This document shows, piece after piece, positions 34,573 through 48,494 of a stretch of 50,857 nucleotides of DNA. Each line of letters begins with the position of its first letter. The first letter of the stretch is position 1. The notes beneath the pieces are model-generated. The model was given only the letters and a program-made list of their open reading frames with translations, did not search any database and had not been told where the DNA came from. The position numbers and the translations under genes were made by a program. This DNA comes from Girardia tigrina (lineage: Eukaryota), in contig MQRK01252507.1 in the NCBI GenBank assembly GCA_001938485.1, positions 141,021-191,877 on the forward strand, read 5' to 3'.

Positions 34573-37500
34573 TAATCAATAAAACTCACAACGCGATAAT
34601 ACATGCAACATTTGAAACAGTCATTCTACGGCGGCTTGATGGTGTTCCTGAATTCATCGAGGAAGAAGCATTATGTTTATCAATTGAGCTTGTTACATCC
34701 GCAGATAAAAAAGCCGACAGATTAACACGCTTTCCAAACCTGTGGAAGGTAAGGCCACAAACCTAAATTCAGAATTTGGAGAAGGAAATCGAAAAAAATC
34801 ATAACAGTTGTCACTTGGGTGTGTAACGAATATTGGAATTGGGTAGAGTGAAAATGAGATCCGAAGTATCGAAAGAGAAGGTTGAAGTCTTAACCACATG
34901 GTCCCTGTCTTAAACATATGCTTGCGAAATCAATTTTGATTGGTAAGATTACTTTTATTTCATTCTCACAAATGCACTTGTTTACCTTTATAACTTTTAA
35001 ATGTTTTTTTTCTGACTTCCAAAAATGTAAACATATTATTACAAAAAATTAAAGTATTTCTAATTCAAAATATTTCAAAAAAATAAAAAAATTGACAATT
35101 ACTAATTCAAGTTCTAATATTGAAGACAACATAATCGTTACTAAGATGACATCTAACGATATAATGAATGTTTATGGAAACAATTGCTTCCTTACATATT
35201 CAGGAAATATAATAATGTTAAGTCATTCATAGAGTAATGTGAAACATTCTTTTGATTTGCAGGAATTGCAAAGAATTGCATTATAATTTGTGTGCTTTAA
35301 ACATAGATTTGAAATACAATACAAAGCAGTCGACAAAACAATAGTAGAATACAAACCAAGAGATACCGACATAATCAAACAAGAGTTGGTAATTCAAATG
35401 ACATTAGATATTCTCAAGAAAAATTTGTTAGATTTCAAAACTAGAAAAATGGAAGTGTTGGGTTGTAAATATAAATTGTTTATTGTTTTTATTTGGTCTT
35501 AAAATTGTTATTTCTATTTATTTAGTTTTTTGCAATTTATTTTTACTGGTTATTATTTTATTATTTGGTTATTTTATTATTTTATATAATACGATGATAT
35601 TATATAATTGTGCGTTATATATATATATATATATATATACATTAATTATTATATAAATATATTTACATCAATATTATATATGTATTAAAAAGAAAATCTT
35701 AATAATAAATTATAATTATTTTAAAGGTCATTGTACGAACTGAGAATTTTTACAATTTAAACTTACGTAGAATACGTCTTTTTGTAGATTTTGTCTTTTT
35801 TAGAATTATGTAGAATTAATTTTTACAATTTAAATTTACTTATGATACGTCTTTCTTTTTAGATTACGTCTCTCCAGTAGAATTTTGTAGGTCACACGTT
35901 AATATATATAGTAATTAAACGAAATAAATTTACGAATTTTAACATTTTTCACAGATTTTGCTGAACGAATTCTGCGATCGTCGATGGAGAAATTCCCCGT
36001 TTTAACGATATTTTTGAATAATTTAATTTGCCGCAATATTATTGAATAATTTGTGATCGAAGAATCTTTTGGCCCAGTTGTCTAGTTTAACGCGTTGAGG
36101 TCGTTCAATTGAAGGATTTAATTGTCTTGGTTATTGACCAATTGTTCCTGAGTGAATCACACCTTGGATAATCTCCAAATTCAGGTGATTAGTATAGTAG
36201 AATTCTCCTTATTATATTAAATTCAACTAATTAAATTACGTAAACATAGTATCGCTAATATATTAAAATAATAATTTCTATTTACACGTCTTCGATATAC
36301 AGAGGCTGACGAACGGTGTTTCCCAGCCACATTATATCCACAAGTAACAAAGGGATATTGCTTTTAAATTTTTTGAAATAATTAATTGTAATTGTGTATA
36401 TTTTTTATAAATATTTTCAATAAAAATATTTGAACCAAGTCTCGTGTTGTTTTTATTTGATTGATTAAATTTTAAATAATTAATTAACTTATCTGACTTT
36501 CAAAATAATCGATCCTGAGATTTAAGCGGAGATTCTATTGTTATAAAATCTCCTTTGTTAGTACAATCGGTCAATAATTCCTTTTGGCCCTTCGTACCTA
36601 ACAGAAGCGACTAAAGCAAAGAAGGTACACAGCGAGAGTCAATGAGATGGTTTGGATGTGAAAAGAAAAGATATATTATTACGCAAAACTAATAATCATA
36701 TTATGGAGTGTTCTGGATAAGTGACGTAATATTTTGTTTTTAGCAAAATGAGGATTCTCATTTTAGATGTCTTGTGGGTTTCTATTTAATTTTCTCGCTG
36801 ATCTTTATCGATTCGAATATTGATTTTCTTAACCACTATTCTGCATGATTCTAATATTTTTGTATGTATTTATCAGTTTTATGTTCATTTAATTGTGATA
36901 TATTTTAGTTGCTTGTTTAATTCATTTGTTTTATGATTATATGTGGAGCTTTTTTGTTGCAATGAGGTTACGTGAGAGTGCTAGCTAATTTTTCGAATTA
37001 TCATATGTAAATCCTCGAATACAATATAATTAACTTTTGCATTTTCAGTCTTAAACATTTCAATTCACTCCATGAGCTAAAATCATGTCATCAGCCTGTT
37101 CTATATTATCCCATTTTATCATATGAAGGGCAACATCTCTCACATGCTTTTGAGTTACAATTTATAACTTATAAATTAATTACTGATGTTACTAACAAAG
37201 ATTAATAAAATGAAATAGAAGTATATCTATCATTTCCAATTAAATCAAATCATGTTAATGGGGTTTAAGTTGGTCTTCCTAGCCCGCGAAGGTCTTGAAC
37301 CAAAAGACCTTCATCACTAGTCATTGTTTACAAATAATAAGTGTCGTGTTCCGCTCTCTTGACAACATTTTTGTTGACTCAGAGCCCCCATCCGTTTTTT
37401 GAGTTCAACGGCAATTCTTACACATTACGAACTCATCACGATGCATTCTCATTACTTCCTTATTATTTAAGGAAACAGACACGCCTCCTCCACGCATATC

Positions 37501-39367
37501 AACAAGTTTAATGCACTTCGGAGCGCCTTCGGGTTCTAACCAGTAACGGGTATTGCCCAACTCGTGGTCTCAGTACGCGAGGGGTCGATATTACTTCTCC
37601 TGATTTTTTAAAGAACTTATTTTAATTATATCGAACGAAGAGAGCCCCAAGGAAGTAAGCGACGATCAAACCGTGTGCCCCTTGCATGCTGCGGTCTACC
37701 TTTGTCACTTCCAGAAGGTTCTTCACCCCGCTCAACAATATTATTTTATGACAAATATTATCATATAATATTATTTTTTCAATATATTCAAACTTTCGTT
37801 TTTTCTCACCATGCTATCAAAGATTTTAAATATGAATTTTAATATGACTTTGAACAATGATTTACATTACCTACATTAGTTTTGATTATGGTCTCTATTT
37901 TCAGCACTTCCCGATATTAAAACCTTTCGCAGAAAATAAAAAGAATTATTGAACGATAAAACTCTTCGCTCGGTGGTGTCAGTCATATTTCGATATCTTT
38001 TAAATGTTATTTTATTAGAATAATGAATCGACCACTAATAACTTTCAATAAACTGATCAATCGATTTAGACGTAACGTGTAATTTTAATTTATTAATTTA
38101 TCTATTTCATTTATTTATTTATCTATTAAATAGGTGAATAATATAACATATAAGTTATTTGTCTCCGATGTGTTATTAAAACAATTTTATAATTTAATTA
38201 ACTTCAGTTCGTTTTATGGTGTAGTTGCCAGAAATTTTAGGGAACTGTTATCGTAAGAATTTCGTTCATTTTATTCAGAGATTCGATGGTAAGGACTGAT
38301 AGCCCCCTTCCCTCGTACTCGAAGATTACCACCGATTACCATAATTACAACAAATGAATATCTCTTGAACAACTAATAAAATTATATACACTTTATTTAC
38401 AATGATCGCTACTTGTTCAGTTAAAACCTACTTCGCATAACGGCTGAAACCCCACTCCCGTAGACGACTTATGTGCACTATTTACATCAATCCTTGCTTT
38501 ACTCTCCTCTAACTCTCCCTTCTTCGCCGTTCTCCCTACGGTACCTCCCTGAAACTCTTTCTTACTAACTCGACTAATTATCGGCGCGGAACCGAAGTTC
38601 GTAACGATCTCCACCATTAACGAGGGCCGTTCACTATTCATTAGCAGTAAAGTGGAAGGATTGACGTGGACTATAGAAGCGAGACAATTATTTTCAGACA
38701 CCAAAGTTATACAAAATAAATAAGTCTCCTTATTAGGAAATCCCATCGATTTAAATATTTTTCGAAACAAAGATTATATTAAATAATTAAGACTACTCCT
38801 TGATAAATTGTTAACCAAAATATTTTCCAATATAGAAATTATATAAAAGAACTAAGACCTTTCATTAAAAAATTATATTAAATAAAATAAATAAATATAA
38901 GCATAAAAATTACTGGTTATGTAATTACAGTTTCGCTCAATTAAATTTGAATAAATAACAGCGCCAAAACCGAAATAGAATGTAGAATTAATCGTTTAGT
39001 TTTGCAAAATTAGAATTGTATAAACACTGCGAAAAATCGTGCGAATAAATAATTACAAAAATGAATAGTTGTGTGGAAATTGTGTTAAAATTGTGTGCTG
39101 CTGAGCGAAATAGATTCGCTATTTATACTGCGAAAGGCTGTGCAGATTTCGCGATTCTCGAACCTTCCTGCACACCTACACGTTCGCGTGTAATGGATGA
39201 CGTATTTGTGTCTTGACAGATGCTTATTTGTCTGTCGGTTACAGGATGGGAGCGGGGTTTGACATGATTTTGTAAATCTCGGTGTCATGACGCACAAAAC
39301 CATACGTGTCAGGAGATTGTTCAGAAATTGTGTCGAAGAAACGAGCACATATCGCAGGTATTGTGCA

Positions 39368-41620
39368 GTAGGGTGGGTCACATGTTAATAAATTTTGAGT
39401 TCAAGAAAGGAAACATGGTTAAAAAGTTGTATTTTGGTATAGAAACATCGAATCAAACCATTTTACTTAGATTTATGGCATTTACTGCTCCCAACATTTC
39501 TCCGAAAATGCAGTTCAACATAAGTGTGAAAACAATGTAATTTGGCTAGTGTCGGAATGTGTTTTGCGCCTTTGTCCATATTTAGATGTAGCTTTCTTAA
39601 GAGCTTATAAGTATATTATTTACTTTCTTGGGCTGAGATAGTATATTGTGTCCTCATCCCGCATTGAAATATATCCTGACAACGTCAGTGATTAGGAAGG
39701 GCCAAATTTGAATTATCCTTTTCAAAGACAAAAATCAACTTTCGAAATTATTTTTTATTAAAAACATCCAGCCAAANGTTTAAAAATGTATTAGCGAGGG
39801 CATAAAAAGAAGTCACATGAAATCAGCTTTGCTTTGCACCTTGGGCAATTCTTTCCTTGATTTTTTACACAGTAGTACCATACCATGTCTGGACTTGTGA
39901 CCAAACACTTTGCAACTGGCAGAAGAAACATCTTTGATGGATCTTTCAATGGCTTGAGAATGACAGGGAAATTGTTCTAATGTAATTTTCTTATTCATCT
40001 TCAATTCATGATCCAATATATGAGATAAAAGAGCGTCAAATTACATTTTGTCCAGTCAATCATGTCAACATATGATGTAGCAGACGACTGAAGAAAGACA
40101 GTATTCTTGTCCATAGTGCGAATCACTTCGGAAGGGAGAAAATTTTGTCTNNNNNNNNNNNNNNNNNNNNNNNNNNNNNNNNNNNNNNNNNNNNNNNNNN
40201 NNNNNNNNNNNNNNNNNNNNNNNNNNNNNNNNNNNNNNNNNNNNNNNNNNNNNNNNNNNNNNNNNNNNNNNNNNNNNNNNNNNNNNNNNNNNNNNNNNNN
40301 NNNNNNNNNNNNNNNNNNNNNNNNNNNNNNNNNNNNNNNNNNNNNNNNNNNNNNNNNNNNNNNNNNNNNNNNNNNNNNNNNNNNNNNNNNNNNNNNNNNN
40401 NNNNNNNNNNNNNNNNNNNNNNNNNNNNNNNNNNNNNNNNNNNNNNNNNNNNNNNNNNNNNNNNNNNNNNNNNNNNNNNNNNNNNNNNNNNNNNNNNNNN
40501 NNNNNNNNNNNNNNNNNNNNNNNNNNNNNNNNNNNNNNNNNNNNNNNNNNNNNNNNNNNNNNNNNNNNNNNNNNNNNNNNNNNNNNNNNNNNNNNNNNNN
40601 NNNNNNNNNNNNNNNNNNNNNNNNNNNNNNNNNNNNNNNNNNNNNNNNNNNNNNNNNNNNNNNNNNNNNNNNNNNNNNNNNNNNNNNNNNNNNNNNNNNN
40701 NNNNNNNNNNNNNNNNNNNNNNNNNNNNNNNNNNNNNNNNNNNNNNNNNNNNNNNNNNNNNNNNNNNNNNNNNNNNNNNNNNNNNNNNNNNNNNNNNNNN
40801 NNNNNNNNNNNNNNNNNNNNNNNNNNNNNNNNNNNNNNNNNNNNNNNNNNNNNNNNNNNNNNNNNNNNNNNNNNNNNNNNNNNNNNNNNNNNNNNNNNNN
40901 NNNNNNNNNNNNNNNNNNNNNNNNNNNNNNNNNNNNNNNNNNNNNNNNNNNNNNNNNNNNNNNNNTGCGTGCTAACGATGATTGACATGATTTCTTTGCC
41001 AATATCCACAGCTTTACTACTTTGAAGTACAACATGATCGATATATGTTTCCCCTGGAAAGGCGACAATCACATAATGCTCCTCTTTTAGGATCCTTCTA
41101 TGAAGTAAGGTGGAATCTTGTTTCCCGTCGAAACCGAGGCAAATCAAGTTTTTCGCTTCTGCTGAATGCTGTTCAATTTCTCTCTCCCTCCAGTACTTTT
41201 TCTGACGCCATAATTTTGCGGGATCGATGATTGTTTGAGAGGATAACAGTTCCATATCTTTCAGAAAAGCGTTTACTAGCAAACACGTGTCTCTGTTGCT
41301 CACACCACATCTGTCAACAGCTTTACTTAATTCAGGATAATGTCTTCTATTNNNNNNNNNNNNNNNNNNNNNNNNNNNNNNNNNNNNNNNNNNNNNNNNN
41401 NNNNNNNNNNNNNNACGCGTTAGCTTGGACTTGTGAATAGAGCATGTCAAAAATGGTCTTTCTGCAAGCGTGTGACTGCTTGCAGGATGAATTTACAATG
41501 GCACGTGTGCGAGCATTTTTACTGGGATAGTAGTAATACATACAAACAAAAGTTGGGACCTGTAAACCCTTTTAAACAGCAGTCTTTTGCACGGATATTT
41601 CATTTTCTAGCATAAGCACA
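39368..41620 (-). mobile_element. hAT-superfamily (hATm-like) transposon spanning gaps
   Basis: LGFDGKQDST..EEHY and C-terminal FPCHSQAIERSIKDVSSAS..SRKELPK transposase motifs; TAGGGTG and TAGG terminus-like sequences at 39368 and 39693. Subfamily and boundaries uncertain. Confidence 0.6.
40151..40965. other. assembly gap
   Basis: Run of N; a further short gap lies at 41352-41414. Confidence 1.
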
Positions 41621-41631
41621 ACTTTTTAGGC

Positions 41632-42183
41632 ATGTTTGGAGAAAAAAAACCTAACCTAACCTCTCCACTCCATAAAGTTTCTACTGATGTCGTAAACAAT
41701 TGGATTAGTTTGAAAGATTCCGTCATTAACTTAGGTCATTTTTCTTTCCCTCGTTTTATGATAAATCTTTTTGAAAGAATAATCAATTATTTATCGTTGA
41801 CAGAGTTAAAGAAAAAAGATTTGGAACAATTTGCTAGTAGTTTTGAAATGTCTGAGAACATAGTTGAGTTTTATAGGTCACAGATATTGCCAATTAATTT
41901 TGATGAGATTTTGGATTTTAAAGAGATCATTTGCGAATCGATCTATCGATTGATGGAATGGATCAGTCCATTTTTATCGAATGTTTTGAAATCAGATAAG
42001 AAGGAATTTGAGATGGAATATCAAAGAATAAATTATTTAAGTGTCGTTTGTCAGTTATTCCAGAACAATATCGATAAACGATATTTCTACCGGCAGTTGT
42101 TATGTGATATTGAGAATTTATATTACAATGAAAATCAAATTATCAAAATAAAGAGGATTATTAACGATATTCATAACTTTTAA
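41632..42183 (+). CDS. hypothetical protein or exon of unknown function
   Basis: Uninterrupted 183-aa ORF in very AT-rich DNA with natural composition; no recognised motif. Confidence 0.4.
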   Translation: MFGEKKPNLTSPLHKVSTDVVNNWISLKDSVINLGHFSFPRFMINLFERIINYLSLTELKKKDLEQFASSFEMSENIVEFYRSQILPINFDEILDFKEIICESIYRLMEWISPFLSNVLKSDKKEFEMEYQRINYLSVVCQLFQNNIDKRYFYRQLLCDIENLYYNENQIIKIKRIINDIHNF

Positions 42184-43038
42184 ATGTTTTTTTCTGACTT
42201 CCAATGTGTGATACTGGTAAGAGTAATGTATAATTATTTGAGACTGTTTTGTCTTTCCTTTTTTTAGATAAATACTTCTTTAAGTGTATGTTTTGTAACT
42301 ATTGTTTTATAAAAATAAATCATTGTGAGATATTCTTATTCTTTCATTAAAATAATAATGATGACAAATACAAAGAAAATAAGTAAAATAAACCTTACAT
42401 ATAATAGCCGTTTGTATATAATTTTATAAGTCAATAGAATGATACCACGAATTTGTCTTTTACTGTTTTGAGAGGAAAATGTTTTATAGCTAAAATTAGG
42501 CATTTCTTCAAACACAAATAGTTCAATGATAACTAATAGTTCCGATAAATATTGTTCATTTTAGATAGGAAATAAATTTTCAGTGATAAAATGTTCGTAA
42601 TAAGTAAAAAACAATTGTTTAGCAATAATGTTGTTCATTTTAATCGAATAACTGTTCAGTAAGTAGATAATTTAATTATAATTATTTAATATTAATAAAT
42701 TTGAAAAACAATGACATTTTTTTATAAAACAAAATATACACCGTTTCAAAATATATTTTTTCATGATAATATATTTTGACGGTTTTACAATCATCTCTAG
42801 ATCACTGATTTTTAGCTTTTTTATTGCTTATACATGTCATACTGAATTTGTGTAATTGCCGAATTCACGATTTATTTAAAAAAATTTTATTTTTATTTTG
42901 AAATTGTTTATATTATTTTATTTGATAATTCTAGTTATTATTCAGAGAAATTTACCCAAACAAGACAATTAAAAATTATATTCAATTCATTAGTAATAAG
43001 TAATATTATAATTTATATTGATTAATTAAAAATTACAA

Positions 43039-44715
43039 ATGAGTAAATCATCCAAAGTATGGCTGCATGCCAAGCGCATAGGTGACAATAGTGCTAAGTG
43101 CATGCTTTGTGATCTTATTCTGTCAGCAAAAGGCGGCAACACATTTACTCTACGTCACCATCTCATTGGATCGCAATAGATTCATTTGAATGAGACGGGG
43201 AAAAGTATGACTTCAAACATAACTGAGTTCATGGTAGCAGCAAGACCGAAGTTAACCAAATCCAGAGCTTTAAATATTGATAAAAAAGTTGCCAAATTTA
43301 TTGCACGTGATGCAAGGCCCGTCAGCATTGTAGAACGCAAAGGATTCATTGATCTTTTGAAGTTTGTGGAGCCCGACTATAAACTGAAGTCTCGAATAAC
43401 AGTAACTGCACTAGTTAAGACGGAGTTTGAACACCAAAGAAACATACTTAAAACAAGATTGGAGAAGGCATGTTATATTGCCTTCACAACAGATATGTGG
43501 ACATCGATTCAAAATTTAGCATATATGTGCGTAACTGTACATTGGTTGACCAATGATTGGGAACTGCAATCGGCCATTTTGCAGACCAGAGAATTTACTG
43601 AGCGCCATACGGGTGAAAATATAAACGTGCGCTTAAAAGGATGTGCTGAGAAGTGGGGAATACCAACTAACAGAATAGCAGCAACAGTACATGATAACGG
43701 CTTGAATGTCAACTTGGCAATCTCTATTTTGGATGACTGGCCGGACCAGCGCTGTTTCGTACATACACTCCAGCTGGCCATTTGCCTTAAAATTCAGACA
43801 ATTGCCAAGATGCTTGGTGCTGCTAGACAATTGGCTGCCCACTTCAAAAAAAGCACAGTAGCAGTAGAGGCATTGCGAAGCAAACAAACTGTTCTTAAGA
43901 CCAACAATGACAGTGAAGACATTCTTGAGGTAGTCATCGATTGGTCAACAAGATGGAACTCCTCTCTTGACATGCTTGAGCGCTTGGTGAAACTTCGTTG
44001 GACCATTGGAGCTGTGCTGTCGGATCGAAATGTTACAGAGCGCAGAAATACTGCGACATTGGAAATGTCAGATGAAAACTGGTTGCTTTCACAGGCTGTG
44101 ATAATCATTGTAAAACTATTTAAGATGTTGACAATCATATCTTCCGGCCAGAAATATCCGTCATTATCAGCAGTCTATCCACAGTTATACATTATTTGGA
44201 GGCATATACAAGTTGTACAACCAGATGAGTGCACCGCTGTGCAGCAATGTCGATCTGCAATTACAGTTATTACAATTATAACAGCGCTACTATCCTGCTG
44301 GATACAACAAATTGAATGCGGCAAAGGCTTCTGTCTTTCATCCACGATATAAAGTATTGAAATTCTTTGCAGAGCCTTTTCGTGATGAAACATACGCGGA
44401 AATTATATATGAACTGGAAACGATTGTCGTTGCAAATATTGACGACGAACCGAGATTGTAGAACCTGAACCCGTGAAAGCTCTGAATAACCATGTAAACG
44501 TTTTTGATGATCTTGTTATGTTGTGTTCAGCAGATGATCGATTTGTAGGTTTGGATGAGTTAACATCCTACTTGTCCGAGACACCATTGACGGTGAAAGC
44601 TGATATTCTTCAATATTGGAATGATAAGAGCAAGCGTTATCCAAAACTAGCTTTTCTGGCTCAAAAATATTTGTACATACCAGCGACATCTGTACCCTCG
44701 GAATGTGCATTTTTT
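43039..44715 (+). pseudogene. hAT (ZBED1/Ac-like) transposase
   Basis: BED finger (SKVWLH..AKCMLC..GGNT..LRHHL), FTTDMWTS, VHDNG, CFVHTLQL, TRWNS and the dimerisation motif YLYIPATSVPSE; stops and frameshifts present. Confidence 0.93.
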
Positions 44716-45152
44716 GTTGTCTGTTTTATTTTTTATTGCCTATATATTGATTTGCTTAAAATAAAACATACAATAAAGCAACATGAATTTATTAACAAGA
44801 AATGTTGGGACATAAAAATAGCGTTCTATTTTTTATCGTCTATAAATAATAATCAAAACAACAACAAAAACAATGAATTGTTTCAAAAAAGTAAATTATA
44901 GATAGATTGTAGTTTATTAAAATTTTATAAAGTGAATATTATTATTTTTTTTAATTTTTGACCACAGCATTATGATTGATGTGATATGATTGAAGTTTTG
45001 ATCTGTAGTTAGTGATGAAAGTCATTTTCTTTGTACATCGCTTTTAACTTCAATTAACAAAAAACATTTGAAAAAACATACTTTATTTTGAAAAATTTTC
45101 CGAAATTGCGTACATTTAATAATAAAAAGTTTGGACGACGGGTACCCGGGAG

Positions 45153-45154
<2 letters not shown>

Positions 45155-45192
<38 letters not shown>
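45155..45192. repeat. (AT)n microsatellite
   Basis: Seen directly; similar tracts near 35616-35639 and 48447-48488. Confidence 0.95.
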
Positions 45193-45195
<3 letters not shown>

Positions 45196-45813
45196 GATAC
45201 AGTAGCTAATACCCCTCATCAAATAAGTAACAAATCATACCTTTTTTAATACTTTTTTATTTATTTTTCAAAATTTATAAAAATATAAAAAAATAAAATA
45301 ATAAATATAAAATGATAATGAATATTTTGTTTTTGTTTTTGTCATTTTTTTCTAAAGTAAATTTGAATCCAGATAATCAATGAAATAATATTTTAATAAC
45401 AATAACAAGTATCTATTTTATTCTTGCGATATGCTCAATATAATTTAATTGTTTTTTTCTATTTTAAATGATATTTTATTTGTTCATTGGTTCAATTTGT
45501 ATTCGTATTTTTGGTTTATTTTTTCGTTATGTTTAGATTATTGTCACGATTTTACTTTTTTAAATGTGAAATAATTGCATTTTTTTTCATAATATTATTG
45601 TTATATAAATTATTATCTATATAAATTATTTTATTTTTGTCATTGTTAAATATTCATTTGTTGTTTTTTCGTTTCCAATTGTTTATTTCCAATTTAAGTG
45701 AAATAGGAAAAATCGTATTTCTAAAGATTGATGATTCTTGTTTTTCATTTTTCGTTTTTTTCGTTCGTTTCTTTTGTTATTTTTATTTTTCCAAACACTA
45801 ATAACAATAAAAA

Positions 45814-46720
45814 ATGGTGAAGAAAAGATTGAATATTTTAGACATGTACGAGTCGAAATTCGAGAACAAATTGTTCCCGAAAAATTTCCGCCTACTGATC
45901 GTTGGGGAATCGGAATGCGGAAAAATGTCCTGCTTTCGAAAATATTGCTGGAATATGGTTTTTTGGATTTCAATATTTATCTTTTATTTCAATTTTTTAT
46001 TCGACTACCATAGACGAGCCGGAATTGAATGTGTTCGCAAACGGTTTCCGTTTCGAAGACGGATGCTCGTTGACCAAGTTTGCTATTCGTGATATATTTG
46101 ACAAGGAGAAAATGCTGTTGGAAATGATCGAAAAAGAATTGGGAAACAGTAATGATAAAGATTACGTCCCGCCACCGGAATATCTGGTATACTCTTACAA
46201 ACGATATATCAATAATAAATTGAATCTGGATCACAAACGGTATTTGATTCGAGATCCTGAAAAAGTGATTTCCGTCCTGTTTTCATCACATCCCAACCAG
46301 ATCGTCGCATGTGATTCGTTGCCTAAAGACGCGAAAAATTTGATTATTTCCGATGACGTAGTCAATTTGTCAGATCAGAAAATAATGAAGTCGTATTTCA
46401 CTCGCGGACGTCATAAAAACTGTAATACCATATACATTTCACAAATGTTTTACGGTTTGGATAAACATTCGATAAGGAATAACTCAAATGGATTCATTTT
46501 TTCGAGCTCGGTAAACGAGACAAATCTTACATATTCAGTGACATATTTACTATTGGCGATACAGAACGTTATAAATCGGAAATCATTCGACATTGGCAGC
46601 GAAAAAAATACAATTATATTTATTATGAAAAAAAAAAATTTATAAAAATTTATTTACAGAAGAATAAATAGTAATAGAAGATCAAGATAGTGTTTTAAGT
46701 CAAGACAAAGATGAAAGTGA
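45814..46720 (+). pseudogene. A32/FtsK-like packaging ATPase, copy 2
   Basis: LLIVGESECGK, LIISDDV and RGRHKNCNTIYISQ; long stretches match copy 1 at protein level; frameshifted. Confidence 0.92.
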
Positions 46721-46861
46721 TTGAAAAGAAATATTTATGCTATCGAAGAAAAAAATAAAAAAATTTTCATATTTTATCTTATCAGATATTCATGACTAAG
46801 GAATTAACTTGATATTGATTAGATTTTTTATTATTTGGAAAAAAGATAATTTAGCTAAAAA

Positions 46862-47917
46862 ATGGTTGAACAAGTCAATTTTTTTTCAACAAGCAAAAAG
46901 AACGGTGGAGATATTCAAGCGAATTTGGCGCAATACAGTCGATATATTCCTGGTTTCGTGAAAACGAAATACGGAGAATTGCATTTGCCAGGGAAAATTT
47001 ATTGCGGACCACTGACAAGATTGGATATCCGATTGGATCCCGATACTGATCAACCAATTGATCAACCAAGGATGAAAATCGTCCAGTTGCTTGTTATCGT
47101 CATGATTTGGCATACAGATCCAATGATATTCGCGATCGGCATTTGGCAGATATCAATCTGATTCACGATATCAATCAGCTTGAAGATCTATCACTTCGGA
47201 ATAAATTTGAAAAATTTTTGATAAATACCGTTATGAAGGGGAAAATTGCTTTTGGAATAAAAAGAACAAGAAGAAAAATATGATAAAATCTTTAATAAAA
47301 TAAAAAGAAAAAAATAAAAGATAAAAATTCTGATGAACAACAATTGGCCTTGGAGCTTCATCGTGATCATCGGGACTTAAGACAATTCATCCCGATCCAA
47401 GCGAAAAATTTAAACGAAATTTGGTCTGCAGATTTTACATTAATCGATGTCCCATAGGGAGCGAAAAAATGCCATTAAAGCAACAACAATTCCAAAAAAG
47501 AAGAAAAACAAGAAAAATAAAAAGAAAAATAAAGAAGATGATAATGATGAAGAAAGAATTGTATATAAATATTATATTTTAACAGTATTCTCGTTATGCA
47601 TTTTCCAAATTTTTGGTTGGTAAATCTGCAAAAATCGTAGCAGAAGCTTTCAAAGAAATTTTTATTGAAATAGGAGATAAAATGATTGAATTGAAAAAAT
47701 ACGATATTCAAACTCCAAAACTTTTATGGGTAGATGAGGGAAAAGAATTTACTGGTAAAGATTTTAACAAATTTTTTCTCAAAGAATACAATATGAAAAC
47801 TATCATGTGAAAGAGAAATCGGTTTTCATCGAACGATTCAATCGAACATTGTAATCGAAAATATATAAATTGTTTACGGAAAAAGGAGAAAAACTTATTG
47901 ATGAAAAAGAATTAGAA
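46862..47917 (+). pseudogene. PLA2-integrase fusion, copy 2 (broken, truncated)
   Basis: ELHLPGKIYCGPLTRLDIRL, CYRHDLAY, LALELH..EIWSADF, LWVDEGKEF and IERFNRT. Confidence 0.9.
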
Positions 47918-48445
47918 GGGTTCTAGGTGCTTTGACTACAGGTGCTTTGACCATAGGGGGTTTGTCCACAGTTTGACATTATTATAATTTTTTACAGGTA
48001 ATAAATATTTAGAATAGGACATTATTATAATTTTTTACAGACGTCTCAGTCTTCGGCCTATATACTTTAAGGAATCGGGAATTGTTCCAATAGGAAGGTT
48101 TTGGATCAAGCTGTTATTCAAATAAGAAAATTGGGATTTAAATTTTACATTTTGGGAGCGAGATTATCTACGTTGAATACGAACCCAAATGATCGATATT
48201 ATTTGAGTATTGGTGAGGGTTTTTTAAATTTTCGTTAACATTTCACATAAAATTACATTAATTAAATTTCTATATTAAATTTTATATATTCTTAAAATTC
48301 TTGATCGTTATTATTTTTATAAATAAATTTAAATCTTGATCATTTTAAGTAACAACTTGACCTTCTGGATGGTTGTTCCTGTAAGGTCTATATTTATAAT
48401 TCACATTAGGGTAAAAACTGTTATTGTAAAAAGTTTGTACAATTG

Positions 48446-48494
<49 letters not shown>

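Larger units (their letters stand above)
30438..34945 (+). mobile_element. decayed LTR retrotransposon related to 1520-3336; 3'-truncated and split by Chapaev3
   Basis: Putative LTR at 30438-30590; gag KFSGQEDVKNWIDRL; two zinc-knuckle remnants near 31190-31285; protease AIIDTGCS; RT IRPVFDYREL, LDLK..YLQIHVD, LTRLEFGLCSAPKIM; RNase H HINRSEL..VDSKTVYGWL|INK..KADRLTR. Confidence 0.9.
45814..47917 (+). mobile_element. endogenous Polinton/adintovirus-like element, copy 2 (fragment)
   Basis: ATPase then PLA2-integrase in the same order as copy 1, in the opposite orientation; cut off by another repeat near 47918. Confidence 0.92.

Noticed and set aside
43509-44393. Antisense ORFs over the hAT transposase, and similar shadow ORFs over other elements
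   Set aside because: Opposite-strand shadows of real coding sequence with no motifs of their own.
45151-45200. AGTAATA as the terminus of virus copy 2
   Set aside because: The match to the copy 1 end is only 7 nt before an (AT)n tract; the adjacent GGGTACCCGGG could equally be hAT subterminal sequence.
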